DNA of 64,000 nt from Octopus bimaculoides (lineage: Eukaryota), in assembly GCF_001194135.2 (NCBI RefSeq), contig NC_068982.1:34311730-34375729 (forward strand), read 5' to 3'. This document shows positions 52,620 through 64,000 of this stretch, piece after piece. The position numbers were made by a program, and so were the translations under genes. The notes under the pieces are model-generated. The model had not been told where the DNA came from and did no database searches. It was given only the letters and a program-made list of their open reading frames with translations. How positions within the stretch are numbered: position 1 is the stretch's first letter; every line of letters begins with the position of its first letter.

Positions 52620-54407
52620 TCTATACACACGCATTTGTAACGGCCCATATTTATATATATATTAAACTATAGAATGTCGGACAAAATATGATTTGTAGTT
52701 TCTAGACGGTTCTTTACGTTGCGATTTCAAAACCCGGAAAAGACTGGCTCTGTTTTTCATCTTTCTAGGATCGATAAAGCAAGGAAGTACTCCAGACAAG
52801 TTCTGGGGATTCGGTTTGTTGCCGTCTCTGCAGACTGTGTTTACGTCTGCTTGCTGCAGTTATATCATTCCTCGCCTGTTGTCTTAACTGAGAGCAGGTT
52901 TCATCTAGGAGTATTTTTAGCTTGTTGACTCCCTAATTTTCGGATTAGTGCAACACCAACCCGCCCGAATGAGCCTATTAGAGATTTAAAGTGTTGAAAT
53001 TTAAATTCAAATCTTGGACAGAAATTCCATTATTATATGGAAGATAAAGTAGATACACATTTAGGTTTTTTACTGTTTAAATATGTGGACAGTTTGTATA
53101 AAATATACGTACATTGTAATAATTATTATCAAGTTGAATGTTGAGGCTATTTAGACAATTAAAACACAAAAGTCAGATGTACTCTTAAAAATACGCTCAT
53201 AAAAGGGCGTGGTCTTGTGCCAAAGTTAGGAATCAATATGTCTACAGAAAATGGGGCTGACAAGGACTGAGGAAAAAGGAAACGCATATGATATCAACAA
53301 ACATTAATGTGAGCTTGTTTATAGTGAATACTGACTAGAAATCAATCGTGTTTATGAAAATTAACCACAAATGTGATAGAAAGAAAGAAAGGAGAGAGAG
53401 AAAGAGAGAGAGAAATGCACTTGTCTGTTTATGTTTTGTTGTAAGAAAAGATAAATTTTATTGCGAATACAATGAAGTCAACAGCTACAGCATGGATATC
53501 CAGAAATTTCTGATGAAATCTGCCTCAATTATTATACTACAGGCGAGGAAGGATAGGTATAGTTGCAGGAAACATACGTAAACATACAAGTATACATGAT
53601 ATGAGTGCAAACCTATTTAAGTGAACCATCATACCATATATAAATATATTAAGGAGGCTCCACCCATGGGGTATAAAGGCTATTAAACATAGCATATTTA
53701 ACAACAGCGTCAGCAGCAACCAATTTCTAGGATACGTAATAGAAGAATTGCATGACAGAAAGCAAGTTAGCAGCGACAATTTGGCCATCAGGAAATTTTA
53801 ATGAAACAACCAGTACTGCTGGCCAAGAATATAATTTTTTTTTTTAAGAAGAGAAGCTAGCTAATGTATAGTATGCATGTATGTCTGGATGTTGTTTAGC
53901 TGAAATAACCGCAACATGGCTGGCGCGAAAGGAAAGGACTCTAGGGAGATTTTAAGATATTTGACACTTTAACAATCAAATTCGGTCTTGGGTTGCATGC
54001 ACAAAGGAAGCATACGTGACGGTCACAACTAAAATGTATTTGATCATCATAGCTCTATTCGATCAGGACTGACCTAGGGCTAAACAACACAGACAACGAC
54101 AACTTCGACAGGCAAAGATTATATTTTCTATTCGGTGTGCGTAAAAACAAACCCATCAAACTTGTTTTTTCTTTTTTTTTTTTTTTCCAAGATTTCTGAC
54201 ATTTATTGTCTAGAATAATTTGTGCCATAATAACAGCCGAGTAACTGTTGTTGATTGTAATGTGTCAACATTAAGCTATTCAGCTTTCGAATGTTTTTCT
54301 TTATAAATTTTATTACTCTTCGGGCCTTCTGTCACCTTTTTCAATGAGGGTGATTAAGCGCGTGGAAAAAACATTGACACTGCATGTATGTAAACACACA
54401 CCACACA

Positions 54408-54506
<99 letters not shown>

Positions 54507-54726
54507 GGTGGTATCAGCCTAGCTCGTTACATTTCACATAATATAATCTAGTGAATGTATACATATATATNNNNNNNNNNNNNNNNNNNNNNNNNNNNNN
54601 NNNNNNNNNNNNNNNNNNNNNNNNNNNNNNNNNNNNNNNNNNNNNNNNNNNNNNNNNNNNNNNNNNNNNNNNNNNNNNNNNNNNNNNNNNNNNNNNNNNN
54701 NNNNNNNNNNNNNNNNNNNNNNNNNN

Positions 54727-54763
<37 letters not shown>

Positions 54764-56188
54764 AACCTATTTGTCTACCTACATATATAACAATTTTAAT
54801 AACAATAATAATTTAGTGAGGAAGATTTATCGATTGCATCGATTCGGTATGTTTATCTTTGTTGCTAATTATTAATAACACCATTGTTGAGGAAAAACAA
54901 AAGCAGAACCTCATTGATATCTGCCAACGATAATAATAAACAGATGACGCGGTAAAGAGTATCCGTGGTTGTTGTTCAGCTCCAGACTGATATCGAAAAA
55001 AATAAAATTGTAAAAAAAAAAAAAGAAGAAAAAAGACAAGCAGATCTGTAAATCAAAGGCGTTCTAGCCTTGACAACCCTGATATTCATTTAGACAGGAT
55101 GCATCTGGGATTACATTATCCAATGCATCATTTCTTTTGGAGTGTAGGTAGGGTGTTATTTGAGATTTGGTTGTTATTTGTTGCAGGTCGAGCGAATATA
55201 GAGGCCGACTCCTTTTTTGGTTGGATCTGTTTGAAATGCAGCAAAACTCCCTTGAACCATACTCTATCGCGCCTTAAAATCATAGGTAAATTGGATAACA
55301 ATATTCTTGTAAAAAAAAAAAAAAAAAGGAAAGATAGACAGGGTAGTTACGGCAAGAGTGTCTATCATCATAGATCTACTCGGTCAGGAGTGTCTCGGGG
55401 CTAAACAACAGAAACAAGTGATGACATAGACATTGACTGGCATGAAATAAAGAGAGAAAACACACACATACACACACGCTCACAACTGAAATAATGACAA
55501 CAAAATAGCAACAACATACAGCTGTAGCAGCAGGACTGAACAAATGAAACAGACATATCAATGAAATAAAAACAACACATATATATACATGTAAACGTAA
55601 AAAAAAAAGGAAAAAATTTGAACTGAAACAATGTAATTACTTAAGATAGTAAAAATCATAGTTCTAAGCAATAAACATGTCTTTTATTTTTGTTGATATA
55701 TATATGTCCTGATCATGCTGACATACCAGCCTCGACTCTTGCGTTTTAATTCGTTCAACATTGTGTAACTAGGAATTAACATTATCCAAGGTATCTACCC
55801 GTCCCTTTTTTAAAGACATTACGGTGGGATCTGGAGGAGATTAGGTTGCTGTTTTTCGGAGATCGAGAGATCACGTACGCAGATGCTCCAACAGTGTTTC
55901 ATCTCGATTTGTTTTTGTTATTTGAATTAACATAGATTACAGCTTTTCTTTCGTATGTTTCTCTGTGGCGACTACCCATGTTTTTTTCCTTCTTTAAAAC
56001 ACGAAAACAGTATGCCTGTCAACGAAGAAGACCTATAAATCAACAATACTGTTATAGCTTTTTTCCCCTCTTGTTTTGCTAATATACCGAACCTTGCATC
56101 ATTCATAAATAAGGATCTGAGGTGGAGGGAAAATGGCTTAGACCTTTTATCATATGTAAAGAAATGGAGACAACCATATTTTACTTAC

Positions 56189-56231
56189 CGGTTAGATCGT
56201 CATCCAATTCAGAAAACTGATTATCTGCCAT
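56189..56231 (-). CDS. BNIP3: BNIP3/NIX-family coding exon 1: MADNQFSELDDDLT(G)
   Basis: Kozak-like gccacgATGG, 43 nt (14 codons + 1), consensus donor CCG|gtaagt in phase 1. Joining exon 2 gives acidic DDDLTG-SWVEL, equivalent to human EESLQG-SWVEL. Confidence 0.85.
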
Positions 56232-56640
56232 CGTGGCGATTGTTTTCCACTTCGCTTCTGTCGATGTTGTTTGTGTAGTTCGGAGTTGTTTATTTCTTCG
56301 TTCTTCTTTCACCTTTGTTGATATTTCGCTTTTCGCTTTTTGTTGACAAATACAAGTTTAAAATCAATTTCGTTGGTTAAAACCTCTTCTCAATTTAATT
56401 ACGTAATATTTTTTTTGCTCCTTTTTATACTTTCTACCTCAATTTTCTTCAGCTTTTTTTTTCTTTAAAGAAATCAGCGAAATAATAAAATAAATAGAAA
56501 ATTGTTAGAAACAGATGTCTATCTAGCAGTGTACGTCTTTATGTTAATCTCGTTGCTTTAAGTCAGCCAGCAACTTGGCTTTGTGTTGCAATTAATAATC
56601 ACGTTGCTAATATTATTAATGATTTACAGATAACGACGAT
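56232..56640 (-). promoter_or_regulatory. BNIP3: 5' UTR and proximal promoter region of the BNIP3-family gene
   Basis: Repeat-free, CpG-retaining sequence upstream of the ATG. Minus-strand TATAAAA at 56423-56429, TTACGTAA palindrome at 56399-56406, ACGTG core at 56600-56604. The TSS cannot be determined from sequence. Confidence 0.5.
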
Positions 56641-58765
56641 AATAACAGTAGCAGTATCAAACAAATCTGCTTTTCAAGAAGCAGGCAGACAATTCCACCG
56701 AGTCACGATACTTTGTTGATGTTTTCCAAATGTAAGCTTCTTGTTCAATATATTACTGATGATGATGGTGGTGATGGTAATGACGTAGTCGATCACATGA
56801 CCTCTTTAGGGGATGATGATTGGATAAAATAAAATCAAAGTGATTTGTTGGATTGACTGTTTTTAACCATAATAAACAATCTTAGGGACGAAAGAAGACA
56901 ATTTTAATTTGTTTATCTATCTCAGAATTATTAGTATTATTATTACTATCATGATCCCACTACTGATAGTATTATATGTCAAGGTAACATAGGTATAACA
57001 ACGTAAACGGCCAGTTTTCATAAAAATAAGGTTGTAAACACACTGTCGTATTTACACTAGAGTACTCATGCCATAAAAATGACGTCTATTTCATCTTAGT
57101 AGAATCTCAGACGACGTGAGAGAACCTTTATTTATTTGATCACTCTACAGAGTAAAAACAGCCAAATCTTCCTAAAGTCACACCCTACCGTTTTAAAACT
57201 GGATGGAGACTTAGAATAACATAGTCCTTGGTACAGTGGGTCTTTTTTTTTTTTTATAATGTCTTAGGTGCTTTTTTAAATATATATATATATATANNNN
57301 NNNNNNNNNNNNNNNNNATATATAAAGACCCCATCTCTTTCTAGCAAAACTGTTGACAGAGTTAGGAAACGTTGATCATAGTCCGTTCGATAAGGGCCGA
57401 ATTGCGGGTAAGCAGTAATTTAATCCCTTGTGGTTCTAAGATACGTCATTTTACGCTTTGATTTCGCATGCAACTGTGGTGGTAAATTTTTCTACCGTAC
57501 CTGGGCGATTAAAAAACTCTTCCAGTGATGTACTGAAATCAATTAAATCTAGAATATCTCACCTTTTACATAGAAGAAATTATTTTTATAATTTTTTTTT
57601 TCTGTTAGATAAAAACATTGATTTTTGTCTTGACTTTACCCTGGATTTTTGCTATTTTTATGAAAAGTAATATTTAAAAAAATAAGTGAAACATTAAAAG
57701 TATTCTTTTTTTTTTCTAATCAATCTTTTGTCTGATTATTTTTCACATGCATAATAGTATTCATTCATTTATTAAAAATAAGGAAAAATAAAATGTAGCC
57801 AGTGAAGGTTTGTAAGAATTACCTCCCTGAAAATGTTTTAATGCGAGACAGAGAAACAAACACACGTGGCATATCGTCAGGTAGCATAACCAAGGGTTAT
57901 AAATTTTTAAAAATTGCAAAATTGAGGTAAATCAACTAAATATATCTTTCCTACATTGTGCACAGTAAAATTACATAACCCTGAGTTTTGTTTTGTGCAC
58001 ATTTCATTCTTGTCGAACGCTGACAGCCTTCGAGCTTTACTGTGATTATATCATATAATATAAATAGACAGACGTATGTATGTGTGTGTGATGTTTGACG
58101 TGATTACAAAATGGCTCATAGGAGAGACCATTGGCGAGAAGGTAAATAGCCTGTTGAAAAAGGACAGTTAAGAACGCTTTGTTTATGTAACTGAATATTT
58201 CAGCAGTTTTCAATGAACCCACGTACTATCGTATTGCTATAGTTTGTCATTCGACGTTCTGAGTGAGTTCAAATACCATCTGGATCGACTTTATCATTCT
58301 CTTTGGGATCGATATCGATAAAATAAGTTCAACAATACACTGCGAATCGATTTAATGATCTAAACTTTTTCACTATCAATTTTTTTGTTTTTTACCAATG
58401 TAAAAATATTTTTTTCAAAATCCATCGCAGTATTAAGCTATGTCCCTTCACATTCTGAGTTCAAATTCAACCGGGTTAGATTTTTTTATTCTCTTCATCC
58501 TTTTCGTATTGATAAATTAAACTAACAGTTAAAAGTACTATAATCGACTAGGTCATCCTCTAAAATGTGTGGTCTGGTGGCTCTGTCGGAAATGATAATT
58601 ATTGTAGACAATAATAATAACGACAGTACATATTCAACCACATTGCATTCAAACAACAAAAATTAATGTTGTTAACAGGAAGATCGCGGCTCACAAGTGG
58701 ATCACCGAAATGTCAATTTCATGTATTCGTGAACCATTGAGCAGTTAGTTGATGACTATTAGAGA

Positions 58766-58842
<77 letters not shown>

Positions 58843-59129
58843 CTTTTGTCACGATTAAATTTTTACTTTTACGCAATCATTACTATTGATAGAAATAGGA
58901 GTAAGATACGCGGGAATATAGTCGTGTGACTGGCCATGCCGGGGCACTACCTTGAAGAATTTTTAGTCGAATGAATCGACCCTAGTACTTTTTTTTTAAA
59001 GCCTGGTATTTATTCTTTCGGTCTCTTTGCCGAACTGCTAAGTTACGGAGATGCAAACACACTAACACCGGTTGTTAAGCGGTGGTGGGGGGACAAGTAA
59101 AAGGGATATACCTGTCTGTCTGTCTGTCT

Positions 59130-59250
59130 GATCATTTGCAAGCAAACCTAACTTGAAACACGCTTCTCGATATGTTCTGCAAATCTCATCATCAACTTGT
59201 TTCAAACTTTCCCATGAAGTTGGTCCTCTTTTTACATATATATGCAATTT
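59130..59250 (-). mobile_element. Helitron Rep/helicase protein fragment
   Basis: LHIYVKRGPTSWESLKQVDDEICRTYREACFKLGLLAND matches the typical Helitron motif ..V.GPTSF.DL.TV.G.....FREAC...GLL.DD. Fused to a family-B SINE 3' half (58925-59105). Confidence 0.75.
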
Positions 59251-60654
59251 GTGGGCTATGAGCTCATGTAAAAAAGAAAGAAAGAAAGAGAAGTATGCTA
59301 TCGTAAAATCAAGTTGAAGATCAACGAATGGATGCAATGATTGCAAAAAAACAACCATTACCAAGCACAACTTCAACTCTTACAATTGTGTTGCTATCAA
59401 TATCCAATATCAGCGGAAATAACTATAACAATAACGAACCAATGAGGGTGCCTTTATGCCATGGCTTCAGAACCGATACCAAACTATTTTACAGCTAAAG
59501 AAACTCGAGCTCCACCCAACAGCTTAAAATGATTAAAAAACAACTTAATTTTAAAACGTATGTTTTATAGAGATATATGAAGCTTATGAATATTTTAAAT
59601 ATTACAAGAATCAATTTAAGGCAGCGAACTGGAAGAATCATTAACACGCCGGACGAAATGCGTGGCAGTATTTCGTACATCTTCACGTTGTGAGTTCAAA
59701 TTCCGCCGAGGTCGACTTTGCTTTGAGAGGATGTCTCAGGGTCGATAAAATAAGTACCAGTTGAGCCCTGGGGTCGATGTAATCAACTTTCCCCCTCTCC
59801 TCCAAAATTGCTAGCCTTGTGCCAAAATTTGAAATCAAAACTACAAGAATCAATAATAAATTATCTTTGATTATCTTTCTCAGACACAAAATATAGTATT
59901 TTGGCAAACATAAATAATTCAGAACTAAAAAGTACTCGGTAGAATGCATCCACAAACATCTCTACTTCGGGGAATACAATATTAAATCCTTTCACACACC
60001 TTCAATCCTGCAAGTCTTTTAAGGTTACTTTGCAACCATCCCGTCTTGCTACGACAATATTTTGCCGAGAGAAAGGCGGTGAGCTGGCAGAAACGTTAGC
60101 ACGCCGGGCGAAATGCTTTGCGGTATTTCGTCTGTCTTTACATTCTGAGTTCAAATTCCGCCGAGGTCGACTTTGCCTTTCATCCTTTCAGGGTCGATAA
60201 ATTAAGTACCAGTTGCGTACTGAGGTCGATCTAATCGACTGGCCTCCTCCCCCAAAATTTCGGGCCTTGTGCCTAGAGTAGAAAAGAATATTTTGCTGAG
60301 AGAAAGGCGGTGAGGAGGCAGAAACGTTAGCACGCCGGGCGAAATNNNNNNNNNNNNNNNNNNNNNNNNNNNNNNNNNNNNNNNNNNNNNNNNNNNNNNN
60401 NNNNNNNNNNNNNNNNNNNNNNNNNNNNNNNNNNNNNNNNNNNNNNNNNNNNNNNNNNNNNNATGGTTTCATAAAAGTTTCAATTTCAGGTGTATCAATA
60501 CCTCACATTTCCAACCCTTTAGTTTGCAAATTTTCACATCCACTTAATCACAGAAGGTTCTGCTGCTTGAGCAAGTTCAATTGATATGGTTACCAATGCA
60601 ACACATCTTTTTTTGCAACAACCCGAACTTGTGAAGTCGTTAGGGTATGAAGGA

Positions 60655-60985
60655 AGAATGAACACTCCGTCAGTTACAACGACGAGGATCCCAGCTGTTA
60701 CGATCAACGGAACAGCTTGCTCGTGAAATTAACGTAGAAGTGGCTGAGCACTCCACAGACACGTGTACCCTTAACGTAGTTCTTAGGGAGATTCAGCATA
60801 ACACCGAGTGTGACAAGGCTGGCCCTTTGAAATACATGTACTATTCATTTTTGTCAGCTGAGTGGACTGGAGCAACGTGAAAATAAAGTGTCTTGCTCAA
60901 GGACACAACGCGTCGTCGGGAATTGAACTCACAACCTTACGATTGTAAGCCGATTGCCCTAACCACTAAGCCACGCATCTTCACA
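60655..60985 (-). mobile_element. tRNA-derived SINE (family C-related)
   Basis: Reverse complement: gtgaagatgcgtggcttagtggttagggcaatcggcttacaatcgtaaggttgtgagttcaattccc...gtgtccttgagcaagacactttattttcacgttgctccagtccactcagctg. Confidence 0.8.
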
Positions 60986-61045
60986 GTGGGTATATTGATT
61001 AAGGTATATTAATTTCCTTGAGGTATTTGTTTCAGTACTGGAGTC

Positions 61046-61080
<35 letters not shown>

Positions 61081-61084
61081 ATTT

Positions 61085-61487
61085 AAAATTAATAACAAAG
61101 GGGTAAAATTAATTAATCAATCAATTTATTAATAATTTTACCAAGTAGATCGGTACGTTAAAATAACCTTTATAGGTAAAATTATACAAATATTCTCTAA
61201 TTATAAACATAATTATAATTAGGGGTCAGCTAATTGCTTCACCACATACCGAATTTAGAAATAGGAGTTGAAAATTCCTTTTCTACTAGTTTAAGAATCT
61301 CCCAGACAGTAACGCACTTTTTTACGTAGGCATCTTGGATATCGGTTGCACGATGTCGCTCGATCGTGTGCGTATTTAACCCCAGCACTTTCAAATTTTG
61401 TAATGGAAATGCCACACTGATGACGGGAAGTAAATTAAATATTTTAATCTCGAAACGCGTCTGTGGCTAATCGAAGTCGTGTTGGTT
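61085..61487 (-). mobile_element. Probable RLE-type (R2/NeSL/R4-like) LINE 3' end
   Basis: RLATDAFRD*...NLLPVISVAFPLQNLKVLGLNTHTIERHRATDIQDAYVKKCVTVWEILK resembles the region after the RLE KY motif; followed by an AT-rich 3' UTR and (CA)n. Confidence 0.4.
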
Positions 61488-62252
61488 NNNNNNNNNNNNN
61501 NNNNNNNNNNNNNNNNNNNNNNNNNNNNNNNNNNNNNNNNNNNNNNNNNNNNNNNNNNNNNNNNNNNNNNNNNNNNNNNNNNNNNNNNNNNNNNNNNNNN
61601 NNNNNNNNNNNNNNNNNNNNNNNNNNNNNNNNNNNNNNNNNNNNNNNNNNNNNNNNNNNNNNNNNNNNNNNNNNNNNNNNNNNNNNNNNNNNNNNNNNNN
61701 NNNNNNNNNNNNNNNNNNNNNNNNNNNNNNNNNNNNNNNNNNNNNNNNNNNNNNNNNNNNNNNNNNNNNNNNNNNNNNNNNNNNNNNNNNNNNNNNNNNN
61801 NNNNNNNNNNNNNNNNNNNNNNNNNNNNNNNNNNNNNNNNNNNNNNNNNNNNNNNNNNNNNNNNNNNNNNNNNNNNNNNNNNNNNNNNNNNNNNNNNNNN
61901 NNNNNNNNNNNNNNNNNNNNNNNNNNNNNNNNNNNNNNNNNNNNNNNNNNNNNNNNNNNNNNNNNNNNNNNNNNNNNNNNNNNNNNNNNNNNNNNNNNNN
62001 NNNNNNNNNNNNNNNNNNNNNNNNNNNNNNNNNNNNNNNNNNNNNNNNNNNNNNNNNNNNNNNNNNNNNNNNNNNNNNNNNNNNNNNNNNNNNNNNNNNN
62101 NNNNNNNNNNNNNNNNNNNNNNNNNNNNNNNNNNNNNNNNNNNNNNNNNNNNNNNNNNNNNNNNNNNNNNNNNNNNNNNNNNNNNNNNNNNNNNNNNNNN
62201 NNNNNNNNNNNNNNNNNNNNNNNNNNNNNNNNNNNNNNNNNNNNNNNNNNNN

Positions 62253-62796
62253 ATCCTCCTCCATGTTTAATAGTTGGAAGAAGGCAGTCTGGGTCAAAAT
62301 CTCCACCCGTATATTCGGCCGGTAGTCGGAAATAGGATAAAGGATGACTCGTCCGAGAAAATAACATTCTTCCACTGCTCTAGGGACCAATTCTGTAGGT
62401 TTTTACTCCAGTCTAAACGCTTTGCAACGTTTGTTTTTGAAAGTAGTAGTTTTCTGATTGCAGCCCTCCCGTGAAATCTGGCTTTGTGTAGCTCACGGCG
62501 AACAATTTTTGTGGAAACTGGGTTCTCGAGGTGGTCACTGAACTCTGCAGTAATTTTGGGAGCTGTACTTTTGTGATTCTTTCTAACAATTCGCGTAAGA
62601 GTCAGACGGTCCCTATCTAAAAGTTTTGATTTTCTTCCGGTGTTTCGTTTCGACGAGGAGGTTTTTCCCTCTTTCTCAAAGGCTGTCATTACTTTCGAGA
62701 CAGTACTTCTTGATACACCAAATATTTCGGCTGTTTTCGTTACGCTAGCGCCTGCCAAGTGATTTGACCTCTTTGAAAGTTCGATAGATCTGTCAT
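62253..62796 (-). mobile_element. Tc1-family transposase pseudogene (N-terminal HTH to first catalytic Asp)
   Basis: MTDLSNFQRGQI/(frameshift)AGASVTKTAEIFGVSRSTVSKV...GRKSKL...VIFSDESSF...GRIYGW/(frameshift)DPDCLLPTIKHGGG; continues into a gap. Confidence 0.92.
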
Positions 62797-62899
62797 TTTA
62801 TTGAATTTTAATTACCTTTTTCTTGACTACATTTGTGTTCTATGTCGTTACACTTTAGCACCTAAAATACTGTCAAATAAGCTTAAAAGAGTGATTGGA

Positions 62900-63385
62900 A
62901 TAGTCCTGCAAACGATCATTTTTATCAGTTATCTGGAAAATTCTCTGTTCAGTTTGGAGCGGAACATTGTGTTTTAATGTACCACATGGAGGTTACGCTG
63001 GTTGAGCCATGTTTTCGCATGTATAGAGGAAGTTTGGGATGAAATTTCAAATTCTTCAGGAGTTAACTATTTTCTCTTTTGTGAACAATTTTCAAGATAA
63101 ATATTTTGTCGTTAACCTGGGATATTTGGCTGATATTTTAAGTCTTTCAACGATTTGAACATGTCGTTACCTGTGGAATTTTCAATTTCAACAGGTTGTA
63201 AATGTCACAAGTATCATTTACAAGGATATTATCAATGCGGAGTCACCGTGTTGAAAGCAAAGACCTGTACAGTTCCTCAAGTTTCTGGACCTAGTCCGTG
63301 AAGATGACAAAACATTGCTTGTGGAAATACTTCAAGATATTGAAAAACCATTTGGAAGTCCTAAGAATAAATTTTGAGTGTAACT
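62900..63385 (+). mobile_element. hAT (Charlie/Buster, ZBED5/GTF2IRD2-like) transposase remnant
   Basis: Frameshifted FGAEH..LMYHMEV/RWLS...LWDEI..FLQE...LGYLADI..., matching the HTEVRWLS and LAYLADIF motifs of Buster-type transposases. Confidence 0.75.
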
Positions 63386-64000
63386 TCTCGACCTTGGAAT
63401 GAAATTCATTTCATTCCTGAACCCTACATACATACATACATACACACACACATACTCACACACGTATGTATGTATGTATGTATGTATGTATGTATGTATG
63501 TATGTATGAATGTATGTATGTATGTATGTATGTATGTATATTCACAAGTAGCTATTTTGCTTGTTGCAGATCAGTGACCGATGGTTACTTTGTTTACAAT
63601 ATATTGTTTGTGGTGGCGGACTCTCTCTATCGCTCTGGCATGCAGGTGCTTGTGACTGAGGTTGAGCCAAATAGCTCGAAACTGAGTCAGTCTCGCGATC
63701 CTGTTATTTGCTAGAGAGTGGTATCTGTTAACAATATATTGTATATAAAGGGTGCAGAGTATTGCATTGATAACCAGCTGGCGGAGAATCTGCCTGGGGT
63801 TAAACTAGTAGTAACATTCAACAGTCACTTTTTTACAACTAACTATTTTGCTTATATGTGGATGTCGGTATGCACATACCTGTACGTATATATGCATATA
63901 CTCATTTACTATTTGTTTTTACATGATTGAACGCAGCATCTTCCAAATGTAAGTAGTTTTCGTAACTCATATCCTCCGACGCTACTCTATCTCTTTCGCT

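Larger units (their letters stand above)
8953..56188 (-). other. BNIP3: Intron 1 of the BNIP3-family gene (~47.2 kb)
   Basis: GT at 56188-56187 and AG at 8954-8953 on the minus strand; phase-1 join gives ...DDDLTG|SWVEL in frame. Confidence 0.8.

Overview
AT-rich, repeat-dense eukaryotic DNA with about 14 N-gaps, many microsatellites and tRNA-derived SINEs. The repeat content looks like a fragmented Octopus (coleoid cephalopod) assembly; this is an inference. The one host gene I can support is a minus-strand BNIP3/NIX-family mitophagy receptor. Coding exon 1 (56189-56231, MADNQFSELDDDLT-G, Kozak gccacgATGG, donor GTAAGT) joins in frame across a ~47 kb intron to exon 2 (8793-8952, G-SWVELCHQ...NGNMEKLLMEAQQES...NRGS). 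The later exons (WxWDWSSRPE motif and transmembrane helix) are not visible and probably lie in a gap or left of the window. The rest is intron and upstream sequence full of SINEs, RTE, Tx1-like and RLE-type LINE fragments, hAT and mariner MITEs, and Tc1, hAT and Helitron remnants. The most interesting observations are: (i) a sharp CpG-depletion boundary inside intron 1 at ~24.5 kb, coinciding with a candidate alternative first exon, nuclear-receptor motifs and a strand-specific hairpin; (ii) an RTE insertion with a 5' inversion and a target-site duplication (twin-priming-like); (iii) a 48-nt exon candidate that is either coding or a poison exon. No prokaryotic-type system (CRISPR, operon) is present. 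Repeat coordinates are approximate unless TIRs or TSDs are quoted.
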